In this document: positions 49,480-62,878 of the stretch, piece after piece
Position numbering within the stretch: position 1 is the first letter of the stretch
Layout of the letters: the number at the start of each line of letters is the position of its first letter
Source of the DNA: Vicugna vicugna
Taxonomy: Eukaryota
Assembly (NCBI GenBank): GCA_013265495.1
Contig: MU063123.1
Coordinates: 7,343,302 to 7,407,301 of the forward strand
Length of the DNA stretch: 64,000 nucleotides
Direction: 5' to 3'
Notes under the pieces: model-generated
What the model was told of the DNA's origin: nothing
What the model saw: only the letters and a program-made list of their open reading frames with translations
The model's database searches: none
Translations under genes and position numbers: made by a program

Positions 49480-51379
49480 GCCATATACACAAACATACAC
49501 AATTCGCAAAATGTCACCCTGCTAGACTAGTCTTTACCTAGCTATTGATATATACAGAAGAAGGAAGGCTATGCTTAAACTATTGGCAGAATAATATGGC
49601 AGGTGGGGTGAAATTTAAAAGGCACCTGCAGTTTGGAAGTTAAGTTCGAGAAAGTGACTTGTGTGTGGAAGTGGGAAGGTGACAGGTTGTTTGGGAGACT
49701 AGCTGATGAACTTTAATTTGATATAAGAGGGAAGCACTGCAGGGTCTTTAGCTAACCCAACATCATGACATGCATTGTTATCTGTGCCCACGTCCAGAGT
49801 TCTTCTCAGATTGTAAGCTCCTTAAGGTCAGGGACTGTGTTTCCAAAGTTGCAGTAGAAAAGCACAGACAGCAGGCAGACTGGCACAGAGCTGGTCCCAC
49901 TCACTCTGGCAGGGTGGTGAAAGGCTGCTTTCCCACAACGCTTTTAGTGAGGAGTTATGCTTCTGTTGAACATAAAGACTGTTGTAAGTGATAGTTACAA
50001 TGGCTACTTGAAATGTACAAAGTCTTGGTTTTGAAAACAACTCACACCCTGGGAGTTGTGGTTCCCTGGCAAGACATGACTCCCACCGGCATCCATCTGA
50101 GAGACCGAGAAATAAAAGCTCGTGAAATTTTGGAAACACTTATGCAGATGGCATTTTGATGAGTTAACTCTAAGTAGATCAGTAACACATGGATTAAATC
50201 TTCCACAAAGGGCCCATTGGCTTAAAGAGCGAAGGTCCAGTGTCGTTGACATCATGGAGTTTGGGTTTTGCTGAGCTCCCTATCTTTGGAAAATCAGTTT
50301 AAGACTGTCATCAGACGTATGCAGCTGTGGGTTTTGCTCAGATCTGCTTTATGGTTTTATGGCTTTCAGAGTGAAGCCAAAAGTCTTCCAACAGTCACAG
50401 CAAGATGAAGATCTGGAAATTTTTGAAAGCACGTTCCCACGCAGACTCATCACGGCCACGGCCTTTTATAGCTGGTACCTGCCTACGGGCCAAAGTTACA
50501 AGGCGACTCATTTGGGATTTTGTGTTTAGAGACAGTCCTGGGTTACAAACTTTGCTGGAATATCTTACATGGAAAATCTGGCCATTTCTGGTTTTCCTAC
50601 ACATTCAAACTACAATTAAAATAGAAAATAAAACTCTCAAAAATTGCTGAGCTCATGAATACAAGTAGCAATTGTAATGCTGTTTTGCAGCTCAGAAAAG
50701 AAATGACCATGGAAAAAAAATGAAGCAGAGCTTGGTGGTTGACTGGCATCTCCTGCAACCGTCCCTGTCTAACATTGCTGAGGTTAACAGGGACAACCAG
50801 ATTCACTGTCATCCTCCTGCAGGGAGATTGGAGGGGTGAAGGAAAGGCTGGGCAACTTTCGGTTTTCATCGACTGTAATTGCAGAACAACCTGGGTGAAA
50901 ATAGTATATACCACGTTTCAGAAAGCAATGTTCAGTTTGCATGCGCAGGATGCTTCTGGTTTCTACAACATTTATTCTATAAAATATCTGCCTATAGAAT
51001 CAAAAACTCGCACACAAAACAACCTGACATTGTTTCAGAAGAGGTGACCACTGAATTCCTGTCTATGCTATCTCTAGACCTACTTTTGTATGGCCAGTTT
51101 TCAAATCTGACTGTATCTGACATAAAGGAAGAAAAACTCTTCCATTTGAATTCAGCGTTGTGTGGATGGATGGATAAAGAAGCTATAAAACACCGTATAA
51201 GAATCAGGTTTGGTAACCTTAGTGAGGAAGATTTTTATAAATAAGACAAAGGGTCTTGAGGAAATCCAGAGGACCAAGTGGGAAACCTTAAAGACCTTGT
51301 GGATGTTTTGATACTCATTTGCATAAAACTAATAATTATTTAAAACATGATGCAAACTTTTAAAATGGGATTAGGAGGT

Positions 51380-51550
51380 AGCAGAGTGAAGTGATCTGAT
51401 TTACAGTTTGGTCCTTTCTAGACACATGACCTTGGGCAAGATAATTAGCCCCCCTAAGATTTTCTTCTTCCTCCATAAAATAAGGATGCAAAAGAAGCTG
51501 CCTGATGGAGTTGCTGTGGTAATTAAATGAGGAAAATATGAAGAGCCTTA
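51380..51550 (+). mobile_element. MIR SINE
   Basis: atgaccttgggcaagata...ggagttgctgtggtaattaaatgagga. Confidence 0.65.
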
Positions 51551-52359
51551 GTCATATTGGTCCCTACTGCTTCTCGTCTCAATGACCCTGCTGCTGCTAC
51601 TCCTATGACAAAGGTGACGACTGAAAAGCATTTCTACGACAAAAGCAAAAACCAAGACATGCATTTTTTTATGACTAGGAACCTTCTCTAATGTGAGTAG
51701 TAACTTTGCAAGGGACAGAACTGAAAGCTGATAGCTCACCAGGAGGACAAAGTGAGGGGAACAATTTCTATTTTAAAAAATACTAACAATATAAATTGCT
51801 AGATGCCAGAACCCTTTTAAAAATTCCCCTCTTGGGAAAGACTCATCAGGTTGTTTAGTCAGAAGCAGAGATGTATGTGGACGGATGTTGTGTTTCACCC
51901 TTTGCCTCAGTTTCCCTACACGGAAGCCCAAATTGCCCGTGACTCAAATAAAAGTGTATAAATACTCACTTAGGAGACTTGACGCTCAGTTATGTCAAGC
52001 TCATTTCTCCAAACTGAGCTTGGAAAGTTTCTACCGCAGGGATCTTCCAACTGCACAGAACTAGAGAAGCCAATTTTAGTTGTTCTTTAAAGTGGCCAAT
52101 CAGAGGGAAGAAAAACGCTTCCATCGTGAATGTGGACCACAGGAGCTACAGAATTCTCCTGAATGGTAAAATTTTTCTTTAATTGTCTCAGAAACTTTCC
52201 TTCTCTATTAGGCTGCCTGACTATGGGCACAAAATAAGATGGCTGAGGCGTAATGACATACTTAGACAGGAGGTGGCACCTCTGTATGAAGGATTAAAAT
52301 GGTAGAGGAACCAACCGCAGGATAACGCCTACATCTTGATCATGAGAAGAATGGATTCT

Positions 52360-52520
52360 ATAAGCACGCCCTGTGGCTGGGCCCTGTGCTAAAGGCTTTA
52401 CGTAGACTTCCTCCCTGAATCCTGTGAACAACTCAGCGATGCAGGTGCAGTGATTATTGTCCTCATTTTCTAAGTGAGGTAATTGGCGAGCAACAAAGTT
52501 AGGTAACAAGTCTAGCAAGG
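52360..52520 (-). mobile_element. MIR SINE
   Basis: ccctgtgctaaaggctttacgtag...attgtcctcattttctaagtgagg. Confidence 0.65.
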
Positions 52521-52593
52521 GACGCAAACATTCTAATAATCATACAGAAAAATATGATTTTAAATGGTATTAATTTGAAGCTAGAGCCAAGGA

Positions 52594-52833
52594 AGCACAG
52601 AGGTGAAGAATCAGGACTCTGGCATCTCACTGCTTGTGTTTGAATCCTAGCTCTGCCACTTAATAGCTGTGAACCTGGGTAAGTCACTTAAACAGTCCAC
52701 GACTCAGTTTTCTCATCTGTAAAATAGGATAATGCTGGTAATAGTTATGTGGATTAAATGAGCCAATATATTTTAAGTGCTCAGAAGAACACCTGGCCTA
52801 TCATATGCCCTCAATATATGTTTGCTGTATTTT
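52594..52833 (+). mobile_element. MIR SINE, near full length
   Basis: gtttgaatcctagctctgccacttaatagctgtgaacctgggtaagtcactt...tctcatctgtaaaatagga. Confidence 0.85.
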
Positions 52834-54804
52834 TAGTCTACTCTTATGTAGAAGAAAATAAAGATAGAGAGGTCAAGTGAAAGTCAAGTTCACTGAATGC
52901 AGGCAGTAATGACACCAGTACGTGAATGTTTCCTGGACGTGCAAGGAAGATGCCCTCCTTTGACTCTTCACCATCCTCTGACAACCCATGCATTGTCCCA
53001 CTCCCCGCTGGGTCCATAGGAAACAGTCTGGGGCACAAAATGCACCCAGTCCACCATGATCGTGAGCAACTGATTTAACAGGCAGAGGGTTAGTGTGATG
53101 TGGCCTTCAGTCCTCCAACAAGGGCTCACTAAAAGTCTCAAATATTGACTGACTACTTTCTTGACCAAATTTTGATGACCTGAAAACATTTGAAATTTGC
53201 TCCAGAAAGTTTTGTACTAGAACATAGTATATTTGATTTTTCTTTCAGATTGCTGTGATGGTCAGTCTAAATTCTCAATGCTCAGTTTTCTTAAATGAGA
53301 TGAGTAATTAAGCAAAAATTATCTGGAATGGAATTCTTTTACATGAGTCTGTCTTTGCACCTAAATTTTCAGAAATAAAATTTTCCTTCATGTAATGTCT
53401 TCCAATAAATCCAGTGCTTTACACAGTGATCCTAATTATTTTCAGCATAAATATAATAGACTTTAGAGTATATTAGCTTAGAGTATATTAGCTTTAGGAT
53501 GGAATTTATTAGGATAGTATTTGTCTTACATGTAAAAGTCTTTAAAGTATCTAAGGAAGAGAGAGAAGAAAGGAAGGCGAGAGAGAGAGAAAGAATTTCT
53601 ATTTTCCATAGTGCCTCAAGTTTATTTTCCATCACTTAGTTTGGTGTCTTAGTGATGACTTTAAACTCTCTGAAGTTTAGATTTTCATCTATAACTTTTT
53701 TTGATATCCTTCCAGGGTGATTGTAAGGCTCCACTTAAGTATCTAAAAAAATTCTTCATAAACTCTATATAATTGTATAAAGAATTACAACTACTAATAT
53801 GTGCCTAAAAAGTGAGTATATACGTACAACAGAATGAAGTCATCTAGACAATTAAGAGTCAATCTTAGTCTTTGGAGGATGACATGGAGCTTTAATGTGA
53901 TGGTCATAACAGCTTTGTACATCCCAGTAAGACATTTGTCTATGTATTTGATATTTGCCTATGTTCCAACCAATGCTCAACACACAGGACCTGCCACAGC
54001 AAAACCACACACTGCCATCCTCTTCAAGGAACTGATAAGAAAAACATGGATGTATGGAACCATGACACAAAGTTGAATGTCAAAAATGCTACGAGGTGAG
54101 GGGGCCAAGCACAGCTTTGTGGATATTTTGGGTGGGGATGGGGACCGGCAAAGTCCTTCCAGTTGGTAAGAGCAGAAAATGAAAATGTCCGCAATGCTTT
54201 GTGAAGGAGGGCTTGCCTTGGTGCTGATGGTAATGGTATGATGTGTGGGGGCTGGGGTGGAGAGTGGCCAGACGAAGGGGTGAGTGGAGAATGATGTTCT
54301 AGGAGAAACAAACTCTGTGAGTCAAGACATGAAGGTGGGAACATTTTGGACTGTTCTTTCTCGAAGCACGATCTGGGGGTTTCCTGATTTGTGAACTGAT
54401 GACCCATTCGCATGTTCCTTTATGGGCTCTTGTGGGAAAAAGAGATGACGTGCAAGCTCATAGATTTTCATGTTTATGACTAAGAGCAAATTATTACTGA
54501 CTGAATAGGTGAATGACTAAAGATGACTAATATTTGGTGTCTATACACCAAAATTTGTAAGTTACTAGAATTTCCTTAAGTCTGTAACTCTATCCTACTA
54601 AGGAGTCTGGGTGCCAGGACCTAGTTTTCTGCTGTCTTTGTAGACACCTAGATGGTGAGATACACCACCCTACCCTGCTGCCACCATCCTCCCTTCAGTC
54701 TTCTCCAGAAGAAAAATATTCATTTGTGCATCTTTGGTATTGTCTGAAATTGATTGTGACTTTCCATTTTTGCTCTTTCATTATGAATTCTTTTAAGATT
54801 TACT

Positions 54805-54960
54805 CTTTTTTAAACACCTTTATTGTGGTATAATTCTGGTACAGTAAACTACACACATTTCAGATGTACAATTTGATGAATTTTGATAGATGTAGACACC
54901 TATAAACCCACCGCCACAACCAAGACAGCTAACATTTCCATCACTGCCCAGGAGGTGCCA
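54805..54960 (-). mobile_element. Old L1M 3' end
   Basis: tttattgtggtataatt...gatgtacaatttgatgaattttga...ccacaaccaagacagctaacatttccatcact. Confidence 0.75.
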
Positions 54961-54974
54961 ATTTCAAATTCCTG

Positions 54975-55142
54975 ATTTATCCCTTCCCACTCCTTTTACC
55001 CTCTGGTAACCAAAAGTTTGTTCTCAATGTTTGTGAGTCTGTTTCTGTTTTGTGCATAAGTTCATTTGCATCCTTATTTAAGATCCCATTTATAAGTAAT
55101 ATCATATGGTATTTTTCTTTCTCTTTCTGGCTTAATTCGTTT
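54975..55142 (-). mobile_element. L1 3' UTR fragment (artiodactyl/camelid-type)
   Basis: tggtaaccaaaagtttgttctcaatgtttgtgagtctgtttctgttttg...tttataagtaatatcatatggta. Confidence 0.85.
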
Positions 55143-55180
55143 ACTCTTGTATATATATATACTGGGATTTTACCATTTTT

Positions 55181-55187
55181 AAAAAAT

Positions 55188-55238
<51 letters not shown>

Positions 55239-55362
55239 TTTTAATTTTGGAGGGGGAGGTAATTAGGTTTATTTATTTATTTAACAGAGGTACTGGGGAT
55301 TGAACCCAGGACCTCATGCATGCTAAGCACACACTCTACCATTGAGCTGTATACCCTATCCC
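55181..55362 (-). mobile_element. Full-length vic-1 tRNA-derived SINE with (TAAA)n tail and 18-bp TSD
   Basis: Minus strand: A box cagctcaatggtagag, B box ggttcaatcc, aaacctaattacctccccc; TSD ctggg(a/c)ttttaccatttt at 55162-55179 and 55363-55380. Confidence 0.95.
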
Positions 55363-55585
55363 CTGGGCTTTTACCATTTTGATAACTCAACTTTTTTCTA
55401 TATGTCTGATCACCAGCTTCTTTTTTTTCGGAACAGAGGAAATAGGTGATGTAGATGGGGCTATGTGTCCTTGTCTTGACGTAGTGTATCTCTCCTATCC
55501 TGAGTGTCGTATTTGGCAAGTTTTGTTATCTTTCAGGAAGGAAGCTGATATGAAGGTAATATATAAAGTTTCTGATTTTCTAGAA

Positions 55586-55799
55586 CAGGAGATGGCTAAT
55601 GACAGCCCATAGGTCAAATCCAGTCTGCTGAATGTTTTTGTAAGTAAATTTCTATTGGTACACAGCCATGCTCATTCATTTACATATGATCTAAGACTGC
55701 TTCTGCACTATAGTGGCAGAGTTGAATATTTTCATCAAAGTCCCGGGAATCTTAAAATTTTACTCCTTGTCCTTTTACAGAAACATCTTCTGACCCATA
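55586..55799 (+). mobile_element. MER58A-like hAT-Charlie MITE
   Basis: cagg...caaatccagtctgc...tgtttttgtaagtaaatt...acacagccatgctcattcatttac...ttttacagaaa; 8-bp TSD-like ttctagaa / ctctagac (NTCTAGAN preference). Confidence 0.9.
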
Positions 55800-58139
55800 C
55801 TCTAGACTTAAGGAATAAAATTATTTCCCAAATGAAAATCTGATTGTTCCTGTTAAGGGTGTAAAAATGGAATACGGGCATTGCTAAGAAGTCAATCAGA
55901 ACAGGTTATGGTAGCTCACTGAGTAATTCCTTCAAAACTCAGAGTGAACTGACCACTTTAGGAAAGACTGTGTTGTATATTCTTTTTTCATCCTTAAGGG
56001 GTACAATTAAATCTTTGTTGGTGAAATGGCAGTACACAAAATACAAATGATTCCTTGATGAATATTAGTAAAATGTACCAGTATAAAATTAGTAATTCTT
56101 TAACTTTTCAAGGGTTTCCCATCCTTTCTAAATTTCTCCTTAATTGACTTCATTTTGAGCCATCCTCTAAATCTAACTCATCCTGACATTCGCCCCTGCC
56201 TTTCTTCTGCCATCCTCCTCCTCTTCTCATTCTTCCTCATCTTCTGTTTCGTCGTGCGTACACTCGTGACAAATAACACTCACATGTCTTCTAGTACAAT
56301 AGGTTCTCTGGATGTTTTTTATGGCCTTGAGGATGAATCTTTGGGGTTAGGGCTCAAGTCTGGGTTTTATCCACAGGATATTACATAATTAATATAAGTC
56401 TGGCATAAGCATTGTTTACTTTCAATAGCAAAATTACCTTAAACGCAATAACCTTGTGAAGTATCTGCCTAAGTTTTCAGGACACTTTGTGGCTTTGTGT
56501 GCACTTAGAAATGAAAGAATTGGCTGCCATGATTTTCCCCAGGGTTCTTAAGTAGGGTCCTCAATTTGTTCATACATGTTCTGATTTTCTTAGCGTGATG
56601 TCACCAACTGTCACCCTGAAAAACATTTTAGGTCACTGGATTGAGTTGCTGAAAATCCATTTTGGATTCATGTCATTTAACTCAGATAATTCTGAACTGG
56701 ATTGATTAGATGACCCAGATAGTTCATAAAGTGGGCTTAATTCTTTATTTTAAAATTATTACTAAAAGGTTATATTCTGTTCACCAAAATTGTGAAATAT
56801 TTCAGATCATATTGGGAGGTATTTCTGGTTTATTGGCCATGTCAAATGGCCAAGCAAATTGTTTACTTCTCACTTGAATTTTTATTTAAAAATCCACATT
56901 TCACAACCAGTCCAGATTTGCCAAGGGGTGTTTGTTTAAAGTAGACTCCATTTAGAAATACTTCATGTGTTTCTAAATTAAAAGAACCAACCTACAAGGA
57001 TCAAAATTTCAGAACAGATTTCGATTACTCTGGCTGTTTTGAGAAGGCATGCAACATCTACTTATATGAAATCCCACATTACAATTAATTCCCAAAGCTT
57101 AGAAACCCAGAATTTACTCTAATGGGGTTTTGTAGTTAGGAAAAAAAAAAAGATGCCACAGTAAGGAAAAATACATGGTTCTAATTATTGTGGTTTTTTT
57201 TTTCCTCTTCTGAGATGTGTTTTTCCATGATACTTCAATATTTCTTTTGCAGGTGGTCAGCAATTTTATTAACAATTGGCAAACCTACTCATACAAAGGC
57301 AACATTACCAAATTATAAAGCAAGTCATTGGAGAAGGAAAATTAGGCTATGGGTAGGCTGCTCATGGGATTTGCAAAATCATCAACCTTTGAACTGCTCT
57401 GAACTAAACTGTAGATTACAGTTTTGAGGGGAGTGGGTGGGGGATTTCTACTTTCTAAGAACAGCCTCCAACTCCCACTTAGGAGCATATGGAAATTGAG
57501 AATATCCTTGATTTTGCAATACAACTATTGTCTTTGCTCAGGATTATGAAAAAGTAAAGGATGCTATCAAAACAGAGTGTAAATTATTAGGGTAAATATT
57601 CAAATTATAACCTGGGCTCCTATTAGTTGGCAAATCCTTTATTTGGTGAAATTAAATCTTGTATACTGTAATTTCAAATTTTCTGAATTTTAAAAGACAT
57701 TTCCAAAGCCTTTGGGGCGAGTTCAAAGCTCAGCTTCTTTTCTTATGGAGTCTTTGCCCCAAGTCTCCCTGCTTGGATCTATGATTCTCTCCCTGCTGAA
57801 AATGATCGCAACATACCACACCATGGACCACCTTTCAGGAGATGGGGCAACAAGGCCATTCTTTAGAACTGCAGCCCTCAAACATCTCCATTTCAAATGA
57901 TGGTCTTTGCTACATGCACATAATAGGCTCATTTCTCTAGCTTGTCCAAGAAAAGGAGCACCAAAGACTGGGTCTTCATAGCTTGCAAGTAAGAAAATTG
58001 TTTGCTACTTTAAGATAATTTTTTAAGCTTCTATTTTTCCCATCAAAGTTTTAAAAGTTTAGGGTACTGGTTCAATCCAGTAATGATGCTGTCAATAGTC
58101 ACTGTAGTTATGCTACTAGGGCCACTGTCTCATGAAACA

Positions 58140-58290
58140 CAAACAACAGAAGAAACAAATCTCCCACGAAGAAGAATCTGCAATAATTTCTGTGACTACG
58201 TTGTCCTTATGGAGGGGAAACCTATTCCCTACCCTTTGAGTGTGTGACATGCATAGTGACTTCCTTCTGAAAAGTACAGTTTGGAAAGAG
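58140..58290 (+). mobile_element. L1MC-type 3' UTR fragment
   Basis: gcatagtgacttccttctgaaaagtacagtttggaaag...aaagtaact. Confidence 0.6.
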
Positions 58291-59879
58291 GGAAAGAAAG
58301 TAACTGGCCACTCTAGTTACAGCCAGCCTTCCCCAAACCCTGCTGCGTCCATGCCTCCTTCTCTGAGGCACTCAGCAGTGTCGGGGTGAGGGGGCATATT
58401 AAAGACGCTAAAATGTATTAGGAAACAAAAATTGTGCCAATGGAATTTAACTCCATATTTCCCAAGTTTATTTGCTCACAGAACTGTCTGTCTTATTTAT
58501 AGATTGCAATTTGTGTTGCAGAGTAAGTGAATTTCCCAGAACACTCTTTGGAAAGTGTTCTTTCACCCAAGAGTTGCCTAATGCAGTGAGGATGTCAGCT
58601 TGTGAGAGCAGAAACTCTTTCCCGTGCCTAACCCTGCTCCCTGTGCACTCTCAGAGCCCTGGAACTAATGAATAATGAATGAGTGAATGAATGAATGGAT
58701 GAATGGCGAACACCTGTGCAGGCCTACTGGCCCTAAGTGGGTTTTGTTTGTGTTGCTTTGTTTGCTTGTTTTAAAGCATAGGAAGCTCTCACAGAGCCCG
58801 TAAAATGACGATTTTGTGGCTGCTTACTTTTCCAAGTGTCGGTCCTCAGAGAAAACGAGATTAAAACCTCCTTTTCTCTGACATCTCAGAGGTAATTTCA
58901 GTTACCAAAGTAAATCGGTCCTTCTCTTTCCCTACCAAAAGATCTTCTGGGTTATCTGGTTCTTACAATGCTGCTTTTAAAAGTAGCTATCGCACATGGA
59001 TGGAGTTTGGAAGGTGTTCTGTTTATCTGGCACATGGAGCAGTGGCAGTCAGCAAGCCCCTATAAAAAAAAAAGATGAAGATCCCTTATCTGAGTGGAAT
59101 TTAATTAAAAATAAACAAGAAGATCGCTACTATTTTAGGATAATTTCCTTTCAAGAAGGAAGATGATATGAACGCTTTACAGATTCCGACGGATTAAGGC
59201 ACATTCTACTTCACGTTATTATTCCCAAGGGGAGTTTTTGTTTCCCCTAAACTTCAGTTCTTTTATGTCAAGTAATTTTTCTTCAACACATGAGTTCCAT
59301 TAGCTGATTCGGTTATATCCTGCCCAGGATCGCTATCTAGTTAATTTTGACAACACCAAGAGCTGGAACTCTAAACCAACAATTCCAAAAATAGTTTCTT
59401 TGAAAACAAAGATGCAATCACATTCGATTGAAGAGTTCCCTGGATAATGTCTTAGGAGGTTCTTTTGAAAAAACAAACGTCATGAGCCAACTCACCGTAT
59501 TGGGGGTCTCAAGAAGTAAACCACAAAAATGTGTCCATCTCTTCTGACGTATGTCGTGTAAATTCTTGGCATGGAAACATCATCGGGGTTTGTTTTCCTG
59601 TGCATCTTGCTTGTCTCGGTAACATTGGACTTAAATGCAGGCTCCCAAAGGACACTTTCTCATTTCTTATCACCATAGAAGTGATTAAGTAACAGCGCTC
59701 TTTGAGATAGGACCTTCCAATTAAAGAAGGTTCTACATGAATCAGAGAAAGGATGTGGATTCTCTGCGGTTATCTTAAAGGCACTGTGAGACACCCTTCT
59801 GTCTTTCCCTCTGAGCAACAGCAGCAGACATTTACACATTTATGGAGTTTTCACTGCGTGTCAAGTATCACACTATGCA

Positions 59880-60100
59880 TCTAACTTGTAGTTTCTTACT
59901 TAGTTTTTATTACAATTCTGTGAAATGTGTACTATTGTTTTCGCTATTTTCCAAATATAGAAGTGGTAATATTTGAGGGATTATTGCCAAAAGTCATGGA
60001 GTTAGGAGTTAGGTGCAAGCTGAGATTAAAATCTATCAAGTAAAACAGAAAGCTTGACTCCAGAACTCATGCCCATGACACTACACGCTACACATAATAT
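59880..60100 (-). mobile_element. MIR SINE (degenerate)
   Basis: ttacaattctgtgaaatg...tttccaaatatagaag...agcttgactccagaactcatgc. Confidence 0.5.
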
Positions 60101-61039
60101 TGCTTTTCACCCTGGAATTTGAGGGAAAATCTCCTCTTTCACTTCCTCTAATTTTCCTTTGATCCACATTGTCCACTATCCATGTCTGTCCTTATTCCTG
60201 AACAAACCTTAATTGTAGAATGCAAGAAATTCTTCAGTATTAAGCCGCACAGGAGCCACAGATTGGATATCATTTCAAGTGCCACTAAACTCCACCCCCA
60301 CAAAGCGTATACATTGTGTGCAGAATCACAACAAAGAATCTCATCTAGTTCCTAAAATTAAACTAGATTTTCGTTAATAACTAGCACACAAAAAAAGAAA
60401 AAAACTATTTCTTTTTTAATTTTGTTTTTCTGTAGGGTTTACTAGTAACACAAGGGGAATGCTCCTGAGTTTTCCAGTGAGGATGTATGTAATGAGGAGT
60501 GGAGGATGGAACACCAGAAACACTGACTGCGATCACAATGTGCAGAACCTTGTATGTCAAGTTACGCGTTAGACTTAACACTTACTGGCTAGAAAGAAAG
60601 TTAGCAGAAAATACCAGTAACTAACAATCCAGTTGATGGTTAAGGAGAGACTACATTTTTTTTTATGTGAAATTCCTTTTCCATGATCATTTTCTTGTTT
60701 TCCATGATCATTTCATTTAACCTTAAAAAGAGTTTCTGAGAAAAGAGGTAGTCTCACCTCATTTGATGCAATAGTATGTTTCAATTAACATTTTCATATA
60801 TAAAAATCAAATAAAACTCTCATGTTTATACAGCAACTAGCTACACTAATGCCAACACTCAAACTCATTTAGAGTTCATGCTTACTACTTATTCATTACT
60901 TTAGATACACTGTTACTGCATAAATCGTGCCTCCTGTTTACTGAGCACTAATTGTGTCCCCATTAATGTTATGCTGTTTTACATATATGGTCTCTAGTCT
61001 TTATTATAACCCCCTGAAGCAGACACCAGTAGGTGCTCA

Positions 61040-61515
61040 CTCAATAGCCGTTTTCTAGTCTGATCTTCCCTGCTGATAGAAGCCCAGATTTGTTTGGAGA
61101 GAAAATGTGGCCAGATCCAGGCAATCAAGCACAATCTCTCTAAGCCTTCATACGGATCTAGTCAGTGTCTTATTTTCCTAGCCTCCAGTGGTGGCTGTTT
61201 AACACAGTCCTGGCTGATAAGACAACAGCAGAAATCTACGAAGCATCCCTGGAAAAAGCTTTCATTTATTGATAAAAGAAAACAGACACATGTTGCCTCC
61301 TTTTTGATCGTCTTGCATGGACGGGGTTATCTGGAATTGTAGTGGCCATTTTCCAACTGTGATGAAAAAAACTGAGGAATTGTCAGCTGTTGTGCCTCCG
61401 AATTTATAACCATCTGTAAATTCTACCTCCAGACTCCGCTGTATTTGAGATACTGCTTTAAGCTCAGGTCATTCAGGTTTGATGTTACTTGCAGCTGAAA
61501 ACACTCCCCACTGAT
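61040..61515 (+). mobile_element. Old MaLR LTR (MLT1I/J/L-like)
   Basis: atagaagcccagatttgtt...ctacctccagact...gatgttacttgcagctgaaaacactcc. Confidence 0.65.
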
Positions 61516-62853
61516 TTGTCTTATAAGATGAATATCATCATCCTTGCTCACTGATGAGAAAACAGAGGCTCGAAGAATGTTGTGTAACGGTAAATGCTGG
61601 ATTTTTTTCCCACTTACATAGATGTACACATCTGCTATGTTCTTGGCATTGTACCACTGCTACGAATAGACAAGACAAGTGTGGATTGCACAACCTAGGT
61701 TCAGCACAGGGTTTCATCATAAATTAAAAAAAATTGTTTAAAATTGTATTTGCCTTCTCCTTCACATCTTGTCAAACCAAAAATATCAGAATGGTCGTTT
61801 CGGCTTGATTTTAGAAGAAAACAATCTCTGAAGAAAAAGAAATCTTTAGTATTTCTAAAGAGGAGGAGAGTCTGGCCAGAAAACAGTCATACAAGTGTGT
61901 TTAGTTGCTAAGCTTACTAACCTAACTAGTGACACACAGCCTATGCAGAATTAATGAGGGCAGTAGAGTTGTTTGACTTTAGTGGGTGCATAACTGAACC
62001 ACAGCGATAAACTTGCTTCAAATCCTGTGCGATATATTTTTCTAAGTATTAGTGCCAAGCTTAAGGGCTCATGTTTCTGTCTCAGTTTCAAAGCTTTTCG
62101 TTCCTGAATAGGAAACAAACTGTTGCTTTAATTTAATTTAAATCAGTTAAGAGTGCCTGGCCCCAAAGCAGAGAAAATGGTTTGCAGAATAACTGATTTC
62201 CCTTTTAAAAGGTGAACTTCTGCCTGACGTCTAAATGCTGTATAACCTTTTAAGAAAGTGGAGCTCTCAAATCTCAAGCTTCTTGGGTTGAAGCTGGCAC
62301 CTGAAGCTGGGGGCACTCACAAAGCTGGGTAATGTCATCAGCTGTAAGACTGTCAGGAAAAATAGACTGGAGGGACATTGTTTTTTTTATTACATAGAGA
62401 CCTGCGAGGCATTCTGGCTTTCAGCTCCTCAACCCAATGGACCAAACACTTCTGACCACCTCACACGTGGCCTTGTTGAGTGCTTCCATATTCACGGGTT
62501 ATTGGAAAGGACTGAGCAAGTGATCTATGATGAGAAAGGAATCAGGACAGCCTCTGAAACTCTTCAGAGGGACTGTAATGAACTGGCCTCAGAAAGTCTT
62601 TGAGGCTGCCTTTGCATACTGTATATGAGCTTTCTGCTCAGTCATTTCCTCTGCACTTTGGTAGCACAGCGTGAAGTCTACTATTAGAAGCAAGGTTTAT
62701 TGCTGCCTTGCAAACATTTATTGGGTAGTATCTAAAACATGGTGTCAATTTATAGTAATGTGCTGTTCCGGGAACCTTTTTGAGAATTTTAGTGTTTCAG
62801 AAAATGGTCCTCTGAGATTTCTTCTGTTTCAGAAATGAAAAGTAGTAGAGACA

Positions 62854-62878
62854 ACACACACACACACACACACACACA
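62854..62878. repeat. (AC)12 microsatellite
   Basis: Directly visible. Confidence 0.95.

Noticed and set aside
52360-52833. Oppositely oriented MIR pair as a hairpin or dsRNA source (also 13420-13655)
   Set aside because: Copies are too diverged for stable pairing, and such pairs are common by chance
53463-53492. 15-bp tandem duplication; similar small repeats at 60677-60713, 13981-13996 and 2575-2630
   Set aside because: Ordinary slippage products with no spacer structure; not CRISPR-like
55290-55362. tRNA-like A/B boxes
   Set aside because: Head of a vic-1 SINE with tail and TSD, not a tRNA gene
56190-56270. Minus-strand acidic frame (HDETEDEEE*EEEEDG)
   Set aside because: Low-complexity CTC/CTT tract with an internal stop and no splice context
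57720-57732. DR1-like nuclear receptor site AGTTCAAAGCTCA
   Set aside because: Single degenerate motif without supporting context
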